Assembly (NCBI RefSeq): GCF_009834535.1
Contig: NC_045707.1
Location: forward strand, 63,428,001-63,492,000
Length of the DNA: 64,000 nucleotides
Reading direction: 5' to 3'
From: Camelus ferus
Lineage: Eukaryota
The first letter of the stretch is position 1. Each line of letters begins with the position of its first letter. Below the pieces are notes generated by a model that was given only the letters and a program-made list of their open reading frames with translations, did no database searches and was not told where the DNA came from. The position numbers were made by a program, and so were the translations under genes. Of the stretch, positions 24,781 to 37,514 are shown piece by piece.

Positions 24781-25439
24781 CCCATCTCCCTCATTTAAGT
24801 AGCCTATGTGCTCTTATAAGCAATTAAATTTACTATTACTGCTCCAGCTCTATTAGGTGCAGGGATGGGGAAGTGGGGAAGAGTAGGGCATGAATATTCA
24901 AAGATAGATCCTGAGAGCTGAGACACACAAACACTATTTTCTGATTTGATGATGCCAGTTATTTGAGATCCATTTTCACAATGGCTTTAACTATTTAAAC
25001 AAAGTGAAACTAGTCTAGTTTGATCCCAAACGTCAATGCGATTGAATGAGTTTACTTACAACTGTAATGAATTTCATTTCACTCAAGACATTTAACTACC
25101 GACCACTGAAGTTTTGTCCCTAAAATCGTAATTCTGTTCATTTACTCAGTCTCCACATTTGTTTTAGCAATTCCTCTGAATCATATACTCAACAATATAT
25201 GTCACTGTGTGACATAAATATATGTTTTTGTGGAAGAGTAATATCAGGAGCCATTAGTGTTGATTAAATTTATTAAAGAGCACACCGTCTGTTGGCCAGA
25301 GTTTTCTGTCCTCCTATTTTTTGTATTGTTTATTTTCAATCACTTCCTTGGTTTTATGTGTATACTACAGCTCTAAAAAGTTTATTAGCTTAAACTTGAG
25401 AACTAGCCATTAACATATATCCTTAGCTACATTTAGTCT

Positions 25440-25650
25440 GGTAATACAGTCCACAGGAGTCAAAAGCATTATGTACCTTAATTACAATGTGAATCCCAGT
25501 TCAGCCTCTCAGAAGCTGGGTGACCTCAACCAAGTTACTTCAGCTTTCTGAGCTCTAATTATCTGTAAAATGAAGTAACAAATTCTATCTCACAACATAA
25601 TCACAAGGGTCAAATGAAATAATTATAGTGAAAACACTTTGCAAACCATT
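25440..25650 (+). mobile_element. MIR SINE
   Basis: TGAATCCCAGTTCAGCC...AGCTGGGTGACCTCAACCAAGTTACTTCAGCTTTCTGAGCTC...ATCTGTAAAATG. Confidence 0.75.
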
Positions 25651-25651
25651 A

Positions 25652-26152
25652 CAGGCACACCTCGTTTTATTGTTCTTTGCAGATACTGCATTTTTTTTTT
25701 CACAAATTGAAGGTTCGTTGCGGCCCTGCATGGAACCAGCCTATCACTGCCATTTTTCTAACAGCATTTGCTCATGCTGTGTCTCTGCATCACATTTTGG
25801 TAATTCTCACAATACTTCTAACTTTTTCATACTTTTTATCCCCCCATACTTCATTTTATTGTGCTTCACTTTGTCGTGCTTTGCAGACACTGTGCTTTTT
25901 GCAAATTGAAAATTTGTGGCAACCCTACAGTGTCAGATGATGGTTAGCATTTTTTTATCAATAAAGTAATTTTTAATTAAGTTACATATTTTTTTTCCAA
26001 CGTAATGTTATTGCATACTTAATAGACTACAGTATAAACATAACTTTTATATGCATTGAGAAACCAAAAAAAAATGTGACCTGCTTTATTGTGATATTTA
26101 CTTTATTGCGGTGATCTGGCACCAGACCTGCAATATCTCTGTGCTATGCCTG
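25652..26152 (+). mobile_element. Non-autonomous Tigger1 derivative (TcMar-Tigger) with duplicated left end
   Basis: Termini CAGGCACACCTCG...TATGCCTG preceded by TA. Tigger1 left end 25652-25835, a second left-end copy ~25845-25928, then the right end (CAGATGATGGTTAGCATTTTTT...TTAATAGACTACAGTATA). Confidence 0.9.
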
Positions 26153-26159
26153 CATAATT

Positions 26160-26290
26160 GATATCATCCATTATTTGTCCTTCTCTGTCTGGGCTATTTC
26201 ACTTAGCATAATGTCCTCTACATTCTTCCATGCTATCACAAATAGCAGGATTTCCTTCTTTTTTATGACTGAATAATATTCCAGCACGTA
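26160..26290 (-). mobile_element. L1 3' UTR fragment
   Basis: CTATTTCACTTAGCATAATGTCCTC...CAGGATTTCCTTCTTTTTTATGACTGAATAATATTCC. Confidence 0.8.
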
Positions 26291-26629
26291 TACTCCTATA
26301 TGGACTTTAAAATTGTCCCAGTGTCAAGAATGTCTTGTACTGAAGAACTAAATTCAGTTTCCTGGCTTATATACTCCTTAGTACAAGATGATATAAATGT
26401 CTGCAACCATAGATTTCCATTTAGACTGAGTTTTTTTAAGAGCTGGTCCTATAGCTTACTCTTTTCAGTATCACCCTGCCAAATACATTTCCTATAGTGT
26501 AAGTGGTGCTAACAAAGTTCTCCATGCTACTTCTATCATCCAGGAGATTTAGAATCTATTGGCATTTAACTTGCACGGGTGCCACCCCTCCAGACTGGTA
26601 AAGGAGAGCCACTGACAACTGCAATAGTG

Positions 26630-26790
26630 AAAAAAGAGGAAAGAGAGAAAGAGAGAGAGTGAGAAGGAAAGAAAGAAGGAGAAAGAAAGGAAGAAAAGAA
26701 GGAAGGAAGAAAGGAAGGAAGGAGGGAGGGGAGGGAGGGAGAAGGGAGGGAGGGAGGAAGGAGGGAGGAAGAGAAAGAAAGACTCAAAAA
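26630..26790 (+). repeat. Polypurine (GA/GGAA/GGGA)n low-complexity tract
   Basis: About 150 bp of almost only A and G. Confidence 0.95.
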
Positions 26791-29700
26791 ATAGTCAATA
26801 TCTTTGTAGTAAAATAATCCTACTTGGTGACATTGTTGATTTGCAATAGACAAGGTCACATCATGCTAATAAGCTAATAGAAGAGTTATACTTTATTCAT
26901 TTAAGATAATACTGTATCTGTTTATTAAAAAATCATTCTTACCTTGCTTTGTAGGTAAATTTACTGAGGAAATCAATCACACCACTTGTGGAAGGCAGCC
27001 TGAACTAAAATTGAAGGATCTTATTTCTCCCCCAATCATGGAACAGAAGGACATCCTTCTACCTCCAGAATGGATACAGCCAAATACATCTAAGCCTGAA
27101 GTCCTCAAGACACAAGGATGGACATGGAAACTCCATCTTTTTGGAGGAAGTGGAGAAAAAGATGGGGAACTTAGAAAAGCTCACTGCAAAATATCAAGGA
27201 AAGAGAAGTCAGTCGAGAGAGGATTTCTTCTGAAGGCTTAATTAAAGGGTGGTTCTTCCCTTCTATAGTACAAGAGGGAAAGGAGGTGACATAAACTCTT
27301 CATCTCTGCTCTTTCTGTCCACTTCTGGTATGTTGAAACCTATGAGGCCCTTTATCAGGAAACTTGAGGAACCTCCACCATAATGAGATTTGCGCTTGTG
27401 CTGGGAAAGAAGAGAAGGCAGGAGGTACCGAAGGTAGAAAGGTAACTTCTCTGGGAACGTCATGCTCAGGCTTCAGGGGAGAAGGAGCAGGAGGGGACAC
27501 TGCCCCTGGCAATGGATTACAAGGTGGAGCAGTGACTGTTTATCAAAGGAGAGAGACAGGAGACAGCAGCAGAGAAGACCCCAGGCACTGAGGACCTTCA
27601 TCCCCTAAGGGTAGCAAGAAATACCCTTTGGAGCTTCACAAGCCACTGCCTGAATAAATGAAAAACAGAGAATGAAGAACGAATGGCCTGTAGGCCTTTG
27701 ACTTTGCCTGCTTGCCTACTTCATGTCATACTGCTTCCAGGCATCTTGTGTGCCCTGGGGCAGTTCCTGAACATTTGGATTTTTACAGAATAATACAATA
27801 CAAAAACAGTTGTGAAGGCTGATAAGCACTTGCCACTCTTTTTTTTTTTTCCAAGTAAGTAAATTTGAGAAGAACCAGTTACTACCATATCATTTTACAA
27901 AAGAAAAATTAGTTTCACCCTCCAAAATCCTGTAACCTCAGGACTTTTAAATTGAAGAAATTTAATTTTTTTTAATTCCTCACACTGTTATTGTATCTTT
28001 CATTTTGCACATATAAGTTTCAACTTAATTATGAATTGGGGTTTGTGAACCATTTCCCTGGATCTTAGTCTAGACCAGTACCTAGACAGCTCTCCAAATA
28101 AAGAGACCCATCATCCTTTAGATAAAGGACTAGGATTAACACTATGATGGTGTATAATGAGGCTGACTCAAAGGCAATTGCCTATATTTGACCATTTTCA
28201 CCTATACCAAAAAAAAATTTTTTTACATGGTTCAACCTACCATGATCTTTTCATTTGCACTTGACCATTTTATAATGTCAAATAAATGTTAGAACTATTA
28301 CAAATGTATTCACAGCAATTCTGTGGAATTACATCTTTCCTGAAGAAAGCTTCTAATAATTCTGCACACATGAACATAGGGGGGTTTTGTGTGTGTGTGA
28401 GGGGGCTGGTTCTTAAGGGCTACTTACCATATTCTGCACAGTTTCTGGAAATCTATACTGGTGCAAAAGGAGCTGTTAAAAAGCTAAATCTTTAAAATAT
28501 TAAATCTTTAATTACTTAATCTTCATTTACATCCACTATAGCAAATCGGCCTTCCATCCAATTAACTAAAGATGGTCAGGTACGTACTACAGAGCGTCAC
28601 ACATAACAAACTTTCTAAAACCACGGAAGAGTCGTTAGTGTCTTGGGAATGGTTTGGTTCAAATGAGAGGCAAGCTCTCAAACCAAGTTAAGTGACAGGG
28701 GTTTGTTATATGGAGTCGGAAGTCCCTCAGAGAACCCATACCAAGAAGAGGCCAGTATCATGGGAGTAGAAATGTCAGGCAGCTACTTTCCACACGTTTT
28801 CTGTCAGCTGTATGACCTCCCCCTCTCCTGCTCTTATTTTTAACTCTCTCTCTGCAGACTCCACATTCCTACTCCCCATAACACTGGCTTACAACACGGT
28901 CCCAAGGTCTTACTGGGGAAATAAGTCTCCCCCACTCTCCAGACTCAAGCCTTGGCCTATAAAACTGGGAATTTTTCCTGCTTAGAGAATATCAGACAGG
29001 AAGTACACCTTGCTCCCCACCTCTCTCATTCCTTTCCCTGGGAGTGGCTTCTTTGATTGGTGAAGCTGAGAAAAGGGTCTTTCTGTGCAAAGAACCCAGG
29101 ATTCTCTTAATCATCTTTCTTTGGGGGCTTGTCCTGTCTGCAAGTCTTCGATGTTCTCTCTCCTCCATGGATGTGTCATCTCTGCACAAAATGCACATCC
29201 AGGCAGTCCTTGCCTCCAGGGATGGGAGGCTAAAGAATTCTAGCTGCTCTTTCTGCTACTGGAAGGAAATTTCAACCATAAGAAATTAGGAATAGGGAGC
29301 CAGCCCATTTGGGTCGTGGGTCCGGTGATATTTTCCAGCTCAGCTTTGCTAAGAGCAGAGCCGATACTGGGGTACCAATCTAAGTCTTGAGTCTCTTTCC
29401 TAGCATGATTACTTGACCCATTTATTCCCTAACAACAAACAGCTCTGGCACCTCCAACAGCCTCCTTCCGTCTCTAGAGCTCTTAGTTCAAGCAAAAGAG
29501 AGTGAGACGGTTTGACTGGTTCATTTAAATAAGTTGTCTAACCCTGTTATGGACAGTCAGTCCAGTTATAGGCAAAAGGGTACAGGTAAATTGAACCTCT
29601 TCAGCAGAAACCATGGGAAAAATTCCAAAGAAGAGTGGTTAAGCTGGGCAGACGCACCGGGAGTCAAAGGTCTCTGAGTTCCAACATTCCAGGACTCTGA

Positions 29701-31044
29701 AACAGCATTCACTCCCAAAGCTGTTACTATTTAACGGGACTTACATAATGAATTCAGTAATAGCATGGCTCTCAACTGGACAGATATAACATCTTTCCAT
29801 CCAAATTCCACATTTAAAAGATTTCAGGTGTTCTCCACTTTCATTGCAATGTGTTCCGGGAAATTGTGCCATAAAGTAGGCTGGCGTTAAGCAAATCATA
29901 AAAACAATAGTACAAGTGAGGGTTGTATGCCATCAAGTACATTACAGCCATGTACGGCTCCTCAAAGGTCAAATGGACTGGCTTCCTTGTCTCCATCCCC
30001 CAAGTCAAAGTTACCTGCACAGTAGCAAGCAGAGCAGCTGGGAACTTCCAAGTCCCTCCCCACAGAAACCTGCCCTGATACATACTTCAAAGACAATGAT
30101 GATGGAAACTAGTCTCTGGCCAATTTAAATTACGCTTCCAATCTTATAAATGGGTATGATGCTCTCCACACAACGATTATTCTAAGACCAGTATATTCTT
30201 AGCACATAAATATATAATTCTAAGCCATGCTGTACATAAATAATTAATTTCATGGCCCTAAAATTTGACAAAAACTAATCTGAAAACTATAATAAACATT
30301 AAATACTTAATTTGAATTAATTTTGCTTGTAACCTAATAATTCAGAAAGACTTAAGTGAAATGATTTGGCTAGCCCAGGGCTCTCAGAGAAGCTGCACAT
30401 GTAAGTCAAAACAGGGTTTGTTTGTTTTCTTTTTCTCTCAGCAAATTTCAGTAAATCTAGCAGAGAAATTCAAAATCATTCTACTGACTTTGGAGATGAC
30501 CTCAAAGCACTACACCAGGTGCTCAGTAAAGCTTTGTAATGACGCTAATGGTAAGGCTTCTCTAGGTAGAAAGCATTTGAAAAGTCAGGAACGACCCACC
30601 ATTTCTCTCCCTCACTCCTTTGTGCTACTAAATTTTATCTACAAGCCCTTGAATATCAGGCATTCAGAACCAACAGCAGCACTGGGGAAGATGACTCATT
30701 CATTCACATCCTTCCACTGACTACTTGACATTTGTTTCCGAGGACCAGCTGCCGTGAACAATTACCAGATCATCAGGGTGCTGGATTATCTAGGGTGGGC
30801 TAACCACCGACACAAAGAGACCTAAATGAATGAAGTTTTACCAGAGCAATGGAGTCCTTCTTCTGGGCTACTTCAAACCATCCACCTACATATGACTCCA
30901 ACAGCTGTATGGTAAAAGGCTAGAATTCACAGTAGAATTCTGAGAAAAATGTCATTATATTTTTCAATCTCTCGCATTTAAAGCTTAGAAAGTTTAAATT
31001 AAAAAAAAAAAAAAAACGGAAAGAAAGAAAAGAAAAAAACCAAA

Positions 31045-31390
31045 GAGGTGTATTTCTTGCTCACAGAACAATCAGGGCCATACAGTCCAGTAGGTCAGTT
31101 CTTCCACAGGGTCACTGAAGGACCCAGGCTCTTGCAATTTTGTGGCTCTGCCAACTCATAGGACCTTAGGTTCATCTGCATCCAGGTCTCAGAAGAAAGT
31201 GGAGAAGTCCACGTGCAAAAGTTGGCATGGAGCGGGCTGGGAAGTGGTACATCTTACTTCCACTTCATTCATTGGCTAAACTCAATCGCATCACCACACT
31301 AACTGCAAAGCAAGCTGGGAAAAGCAGTCTAGCTCCATGCCCGGGACAAAGAAATCAACTTTAATGAACAGCTAGTAGTTTGTGCCACGC
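31045..31390 (-). mobile_element. Old MaLR LTR (MLT1J/K-like)
   Basis: GGACCCAGGCTC...TGTGGCTCTGCC...CATTCATTGGCTAAACTCA...AACTGCAAAGCAAGCTGGGAAAAGCAGTCTAGCT. Confidence 0.7.
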
Positions 31391-31419
31391 CCTGTGTTTT
31401 CAAAAGAATCTTTAAAATA

Positions 31420-31740
31420 GGAGTCATGAACTCAGAGGCCAAAAATGGCCCGAAAAAGACCGTAAGTGAGTGATAGGAACCTGGTGGGAACTGTCCAAAA
31501 CTGGAAAGCATTCCATGTCCCCATATTCAAATCCCAGAGATTACTGCTCTGAAAAAATGGGGACAGAGTATTGTCAGATTTAATTTTTCAAGAAAAGCCA
31601 AAATCCTAGTGTGGTTTTTTTTTCAAATGTGAATTCGTCCAATATTAAAATGTTGGCAATTATTTAATGCGTTAAAAACATAATATGCAGGTCACACAAA
31701 TGTTTCGGCATGCCTTATTTGACCCAAAAGTAGGTAAACT
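31420..31740. mobile_element. hAT-Charlie MITE remnant (MER103-like)
   Basis: TTTTCAAGAAAAGCCAAAATCC...AAAATGTTGGCAA resembles recalled MER103C. Confidence 0.5.
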
Positions 31741-34700
31741 GCTTTAAAATTTTAACTGGGCTCCAAAAACAAAACTAACTTTTCAAAAAAAGATGCCACT
31801 TATTATCCTGATGCACGTTTGCACAAAAGAACAAACAAACTTCAGAATGAAGGCATGAGTCTTAGGTAGTATTAATGCACTACCATGAGCTACATGCAAG
31901 GAAATAAATGGCAGAGACAGCCCATACCTTGACAAATCCTAAAAATAACTAGAAGAATTAAGAGTAGACGCAATGACAATTCTTAATCTATTAATTTGTA
32001 AATTAGACCATGATTTGTGTAATCATTTAACAAATGTTTACAATATGTACAAGATATTGTTAGCCACTGCAGACAGTATAGGAACGATTCATATTAAATT
32101 CTTCCCTTGAGGAATATATATTTTAATAAGGAAATAGTATAAGGACATAGCAAGCTATCACATGAGGTCAAAAGCAAAAGAGCCATAAGTGAGTTATGAC
32201 TGTACAGCTTAGGACAAGGAAGAGATTATATGTTCATATAATGGATGGTTAGAAGTGGCTTCATGGAGTTTTCTCCATGAAGAAAAGGCATGAGAGGGTA
32301 AGATGTGGATCTAGAGAGGGTAAGAAACGGGGAGATAGAGATCCCATAAAAATTAGAGAGCATTAGCAAAGACACGGAACAGGGAAAAGCAAAAGTGTGA
32401 GGGAGGGTGGTGGGTTGGCCAGAAAACGAGGTACCTAAACACAAAGTCTATAATAGCTTAATTATTTACTCCTTGATAATTAATAACATCCTTGAAGCTT
32501 GTCAACGGAGATGCTTCCTTCTCAATAAGACAAATCTTCTATAACAAAATTGATGTCCATCATTTATAAAAAGTATGTAAATTTTTATCAATCTAAATTT
32601 TAGTGACTTCATTGCCTTGTTATTTAAAACTGTTATTTGTTTTCAAGTCTTATTAAATCCAGCATTTGTCTGATTTACTTGTGATCTATCCTGCACCAGC
32701 TCCAAGTATTGTTATGAACGCCATGTACCAGAAATCTGCAGTAAGTCAGGACCTAGCTTTCTGGTTACAAACTGCTTTTATTACATCAGTCACCTGCTGT
32801 TCAGATCTCCAATAGGTGACATTTGCATGGTTCCATCTGTCTAATTTATCTCTTCTCAAGGCCATATTGTTTCAGCAACATTTGGGAACCTTCTAAATTG
32901 TGGCTTCTATATATCTTAAGTTGGTAGAAATTACATCTGTGGTCAATTTCCCATTTCAAGATATTTCTTTTGTTTATTCTAAAGAAACATTTTTATCTTT
33001 CTTGCCCTGGATTTATAATTTATCTTTGTTTTTGCAGTTCAGATATATCTTTTCTCAAGTCAATTTAATAGTACTGACCAAATGCATTATTATATCTTCT
33101 ACTGGGGTTAGAAATATCTTGATGTGTAACAAGTAGCTGGACGTAGTCACTTTTTAAACTGATGTTGAAGTGTGATCTGTTTTCCAGGGTAAGGTTTCTC
33201 ATGAGCCATTATGAAACTACTCCACTCAGCAAGATAACTATTTGTATTTTGATATTCCTCAATTTCCATCTCTCATCAAATCCTGTGTCAAACCCACAGA
33301 CTACACTAATTTTGTTCCCCTCTGTTTCTGAGAAGTTTCTATTTAGAACAGTTATGAGAATAAGATCCTTTATATTATTAGCTTGATGTGCCTGATCAAT
33401 TGGGCAAGATTTTTTAAATCACTTTTTATAGTTCAAATCCAGCATATTAATTGTCATTATTTCTTTTGGCATTTCAAATCTTGGGGTTGATATTCTCAGT
33501 CCTGTTGCTGTTATGTTATTGCAAATGTTAGTATTTATGACAGCAATATATTACCTGGTGATTCAATATCTAACCTGAATTTCCTGATACACAGAGCAGT
33601 ATTCTACTTACAGCACCATCCAGCTAAACCAAGTCAAAACAAATACCTACAGCAGAAGCTATTTAATCCAAAAAGCTTCTGCATCAAGTCAGTGGGGCAA
33701 ATTTATCAAAATAAGGGCACAAACATTCCAATTAATGGTGCCTGACATCATACAAATTGCTCACTTTCTGAAATGTACCTTAACAATGATCTTCAAAAAA
33801 CTAACACTTTTCATTTAGATATTTGGCGATTATAGCCCCCCAGACTTCTCTCTTAAAAGCATCTTTGATTTTTGCTTCACAAAAGAAGGCAATGGGGCCT
33901 TTTTCCCCAGCAATGACTGGAGTATGTGTCTTGAAGCTAACTTTGATAAAATTCAACATGGAGTTAAGGTTAGAACACAGTTTTAAGTCTTCATTTTATT
34001 TTATTTCCCTTTCATAGATCTAGAATTAATGATTGTTGGTTAATACACACATATAGATGCTAATAATAGTTAATCATTTTACGTATTTTAGGCATAGCAC
34101 AACTGACATTTCAGAGAGTTATGCGATGTAAAATATAAAATACTCATTTTTTTAAAAGATAAAAAGTATTTCCATTGTCTAAACCCATACCTCATTGTGG
34201 CACCCTATGAACCTAATTTTATAGAAAACATTCTGGCATTTAGTCTTTATTACACATGTATAGAATTTATAATGTATATTTATGATAATATTTATAGAAC
34301 TTCAAAATTTTCTTCTTATTGGTCATAGTCTTGCTAGACTGGTTTGGAGCATTTTTATTGTAGCGATGTATTTCATTTTCTAAGGGCCTGTGCTTTGTGT
34401 ACATTTCTAGATAAATGCTACTGAATGACCTGAATCGATCAGACCTCTTGGTATCAGGTTTCCAGGCTCCATGTGTATTTGCCAAACTGTATTTTTAAAA
34501 TCAAGTCTCAAAAGTACCTTGTCTCATATTTTTTTAAGCTAACATACAATATTGTGGAATTGTTGCAAGTGGAAACCTTCCATGTTTGGTACTTTTGAAA
34601 GAACTATAAATATAAGAAATCCAATTTAGCAATGATAAATCCTGCCTTCCAAATTCCAATCATATCTGTCCTTAGTTATAGCAATTTCCAATAAAAAAAA

Positions 34701-35306
34701 AAAACCTGGATGATGCTCAGACACATATCATTTTTAAGACCTGGAAATAAAGACCTGGACTCAGGCCAGTCACTTGAATTGTGGGGAAATCCATTCCAAG
34801 AGTATCTTTTATTGTTATCACCACTCACTTGTCGCCATGATGTATTGGACTGTCCAAGCTTCCTTACCACTGGGGGAAAAAAAAAACCTCCTTATTTTCC
34901 ATCACTTATCTTGTATTTCTTGCATGCTTTCTGCCTCTCTGTAAGGTATTCTTCAACTTGTTCTGTTAAATAAATCCACAAGAACCTTGGTATCAGAATA
35001 CCAAAATGAGTAACTCTTCTGAAAGTAAAGTTTTCAAAGTTCCTTCGTATTCTATGAAATAAATGGAATGGGACAGGAAATTTTCAAACAAGTGAATGAC
35101 CGCTTTTCATTTAATGACTCATTCTCAGTTGCTGTCTTTTTTCCATTCTAAGATGACGTTGGCTGAGCATGCGTCATAAATTTAATAACAGCTCTTTAGG
35201 AAAAAAAACATACCACTGCATTGATGCACACAATCAGTTTTAACTAACTGAGGACAGTTTATGTTTCCTCGTAGAAATACGCATCACTCGCTTTTTGAGT
35301 GTCTTG

Positions 35307-35541
35307 GTGTGGTAGACGCAAAGATGGACCGTCCAGAAGGACTCGCTGCCCAGGTAAGGGGAGTGTGGTCCAGCAGACAGCCCCCGACCATCAGCTCCTT
35401 TAGGGTCTGCCCCAACCGCAGGGAGTCACTCAGCCTGAGGTCACACCCTTCTTAGGCCAGCCATGTCTAGACTACGGAGGGTGACGGTACAGAGGGCCAG
35501 TCATTTTGGCTACACCAAGGACACTCAGATACACAATACTC
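35307..35541 (+). mobile_element. LTR16-like ERV-L LTR, 5' part, interrupted at 35541
   Basis: TGTGGTAGAC...CAGCAGACAGCCCCC...CAGCTCCTTTAGGGTCTGCC...CAGTCATTTTGGC...CAATACTC. Confidence 0.65.
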
Positions 35542-35972
35542 TGTTGCTTCACACCCTCAGAAGCTTCCTGGGTAAAATCTGAAACTGGTCGCTGTGCATC
35601 AAGGCCAAGGAGAGACCAAACAAAGAGGTTATATCTCTCTAGACTGGTAGGTGGCAGGTCTAACAAACAAAGGTACTTACACACGAGTCTCGTCTTGGAC
35701 GACCGCAAGATAAGTAGACCCCTGCACCTGTCTACCAGCATCTTAAAATTTGGTACAGAGGTCTTAATTGGGTTCAGTCACATATACTGTCCAGATGGTC
35801 TCAACAGCACATTACTCTCTTAAGGCTGCGTCCTTGAACATGGCTCTCACTGGAGAACGGTGAGCAAAACATACATTCCAAGGGCAGGGGAGGGGGTGAG
35901 GAGCCTTCGCCTGCTTGAGTCCAGCTTGTAGGTCAACCAGCAGTCGCATCCCCTCCATGACCTCCTTCAGCA
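35542..35972 (-). mobile_element. 3' LTR of an env-bearing provirus (431 bp; tentatively MER54/MER73/MER74 group)
   Basis: Minus strand starts TGCTGAAGGAGGTCATGG and ends GAAGCAACA (TG...CA); directly preceded by PPT-like GAGGGGCGGAG (35973-35983) and the env remnant. Confidence 0.7.
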
Positions 35973-35999
35973 CTCCGCCCCTCAAAGCCATCTCTCAGA

Positions 36000-36930
36000 A
36001 CGTTATAAGCCCCCTCTTCCACAACGTGCCCCGAGCAGGCAGCAGGGGCTTCCCTGGCATGGAAGTGGCCCCTTTGGCAGCTGTCTGACTGCACTGGAGG
36101 CAGGGGCCACAGTAACAATGCAGGCACGTGCAAGAGAAAACCCTGATTAAGATCATGATTCCTGACATAAGTGGCAATTTTTTTCCACCAAGAGCCACTG
36201 ATTTATTAAGTCCCTTAGATTGGAGGTTGGATTGTTCAGGGTGTTCACTTATGTCCTCCTGTGATTTTACTAAAGATGCTCCATTAGCAGATTCACCGGA
36301 TATGACCACACAGTGATCTGTTTGGTTAATGGCACAGGTGCCTCCTGGGAAGGCAGTAATAATATCCCAGGCCCGTGCTATCTTGGAGGACAGCTTCTCT
36401 CGATAGAGACACTCCTGTGTTCAGTAAAGACAGGTTTGGCCAGCTTGCTGGGTGAATACAGTTAAGGGTTTCTCTGTGCCTATAACATCCTCCAGGCCAA
36501 CTGAGGGGACAAAGACAGTGGTCAAATGATCGTATGAGTGAGAAACAGCACGTGCCCACCTGGCCTTGAGAAAAAGGGAGGCTGACAATGTTACTGTGGG
36601 GCAGATTCTCCCCTGCGCCCAGGAAAAACTCAGGGTGCAGCGGCCCAACCGCCCAGGTGGAAGATTTGCGCTACATAACCATGGAGTCCCACTCGGGTCT
36701 ACCCAAGGAATACCTAGACGGTGCAACCAGTCAGCGCCAAACCAGTCACTCTCCTTTAATGACTAGTTCCAGTGATATCCACCCTACATTCCTGGCACAA
36801 TTTATTTGGTTCTTTTGGGAGGGATTTTTCTGTTTCCAGCATAGGGCTACCTATGTGCTCAAATGTCCATAACCCGGTGTGAGTCACGTGAACCCATCCC
36901 ACATCTGAGCACAGCCACCCATGGCTCTAA
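36000..36930 (-). pseudogene. env: Decayed endogenous retroviral env (SU C-terminal part plus gamma-type TM)
   Basis: Joining minus-strand frames gives QMWDGFT*LTPGYGHLST*VALCWKQKN ... DWFGADWLHRLGIPWVDPSGTPWLCSANLPPGRLGRCTL ... LKARWAR|AVSHSYDHLTTVFVPSVGLEDVI ... LSLLNTGVSLSREAVLQDSTGL/DIITAFPGGTCAINQTDHCVVISGESAN ... KKLPLMSGIMILIRVFSCTCLHCYCGPCLQC. This is an RxxR site (36550-36561), fusion peptide, ISD remnant (~36340-36391), degenerate CX6CC and hydrophobic anchor in canonical order. Confidence 0.88.
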
Positions 36931-37514
36931 TGGGGGTATTTTCAGGACCCTTCTGGTCAGGAGTTTGATGGGCTGCCTGTGTAGTTTCACTGACAGAAAG
37001 AGAATAGCCATGCCCAGTGTTACTGCTAGTGTGTGCCACAGGCCAGGTTTCTGGATCAGTACTGGTAATAACCAGGCGAACTGAGAGTCCTGGTGCTAAC
37101 TTGTTCTTCCTTAATGTAACACTTTAGAGACTTCCAATCCCTTCCCTGCAGTGATGATGTCTAGTAATAGCAAAGGGAAATGTGGTAACATTATAGCAGA
37201 GAAACTTGGTGGACACCATCTTAATGAAACATCAAAGTTAACGTAACCAGTAATGGGACAAACTAATATTCTGTACCTCCTGATATGAAGCACCAAGAAG
37301 GACACAAGCTCATTTATACAGTATTCTTGCAAAGAAAAAAAAAGCATTCCTTTAATTTACTTTAATCATAAGGAAATATCACACAAACTCAAACTGAAAA
37401 ACATTCTTTAAAACAACTGCTCTGTACTCATCAAAAAAGTCTACCATTTAAAAAAAAAAGGCTAAGAAAGAGTTTCAGATTAAAGAAAATTATAGACATA
37501 TGGCATTGAGTGTG

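Noticed and set aside
36000..36930. Functional syncytin-like domesticated env
   Set aside because: It has in-frame stops, several frameshifts, a mutated ISD/CX6CC and no signal-peptide region.
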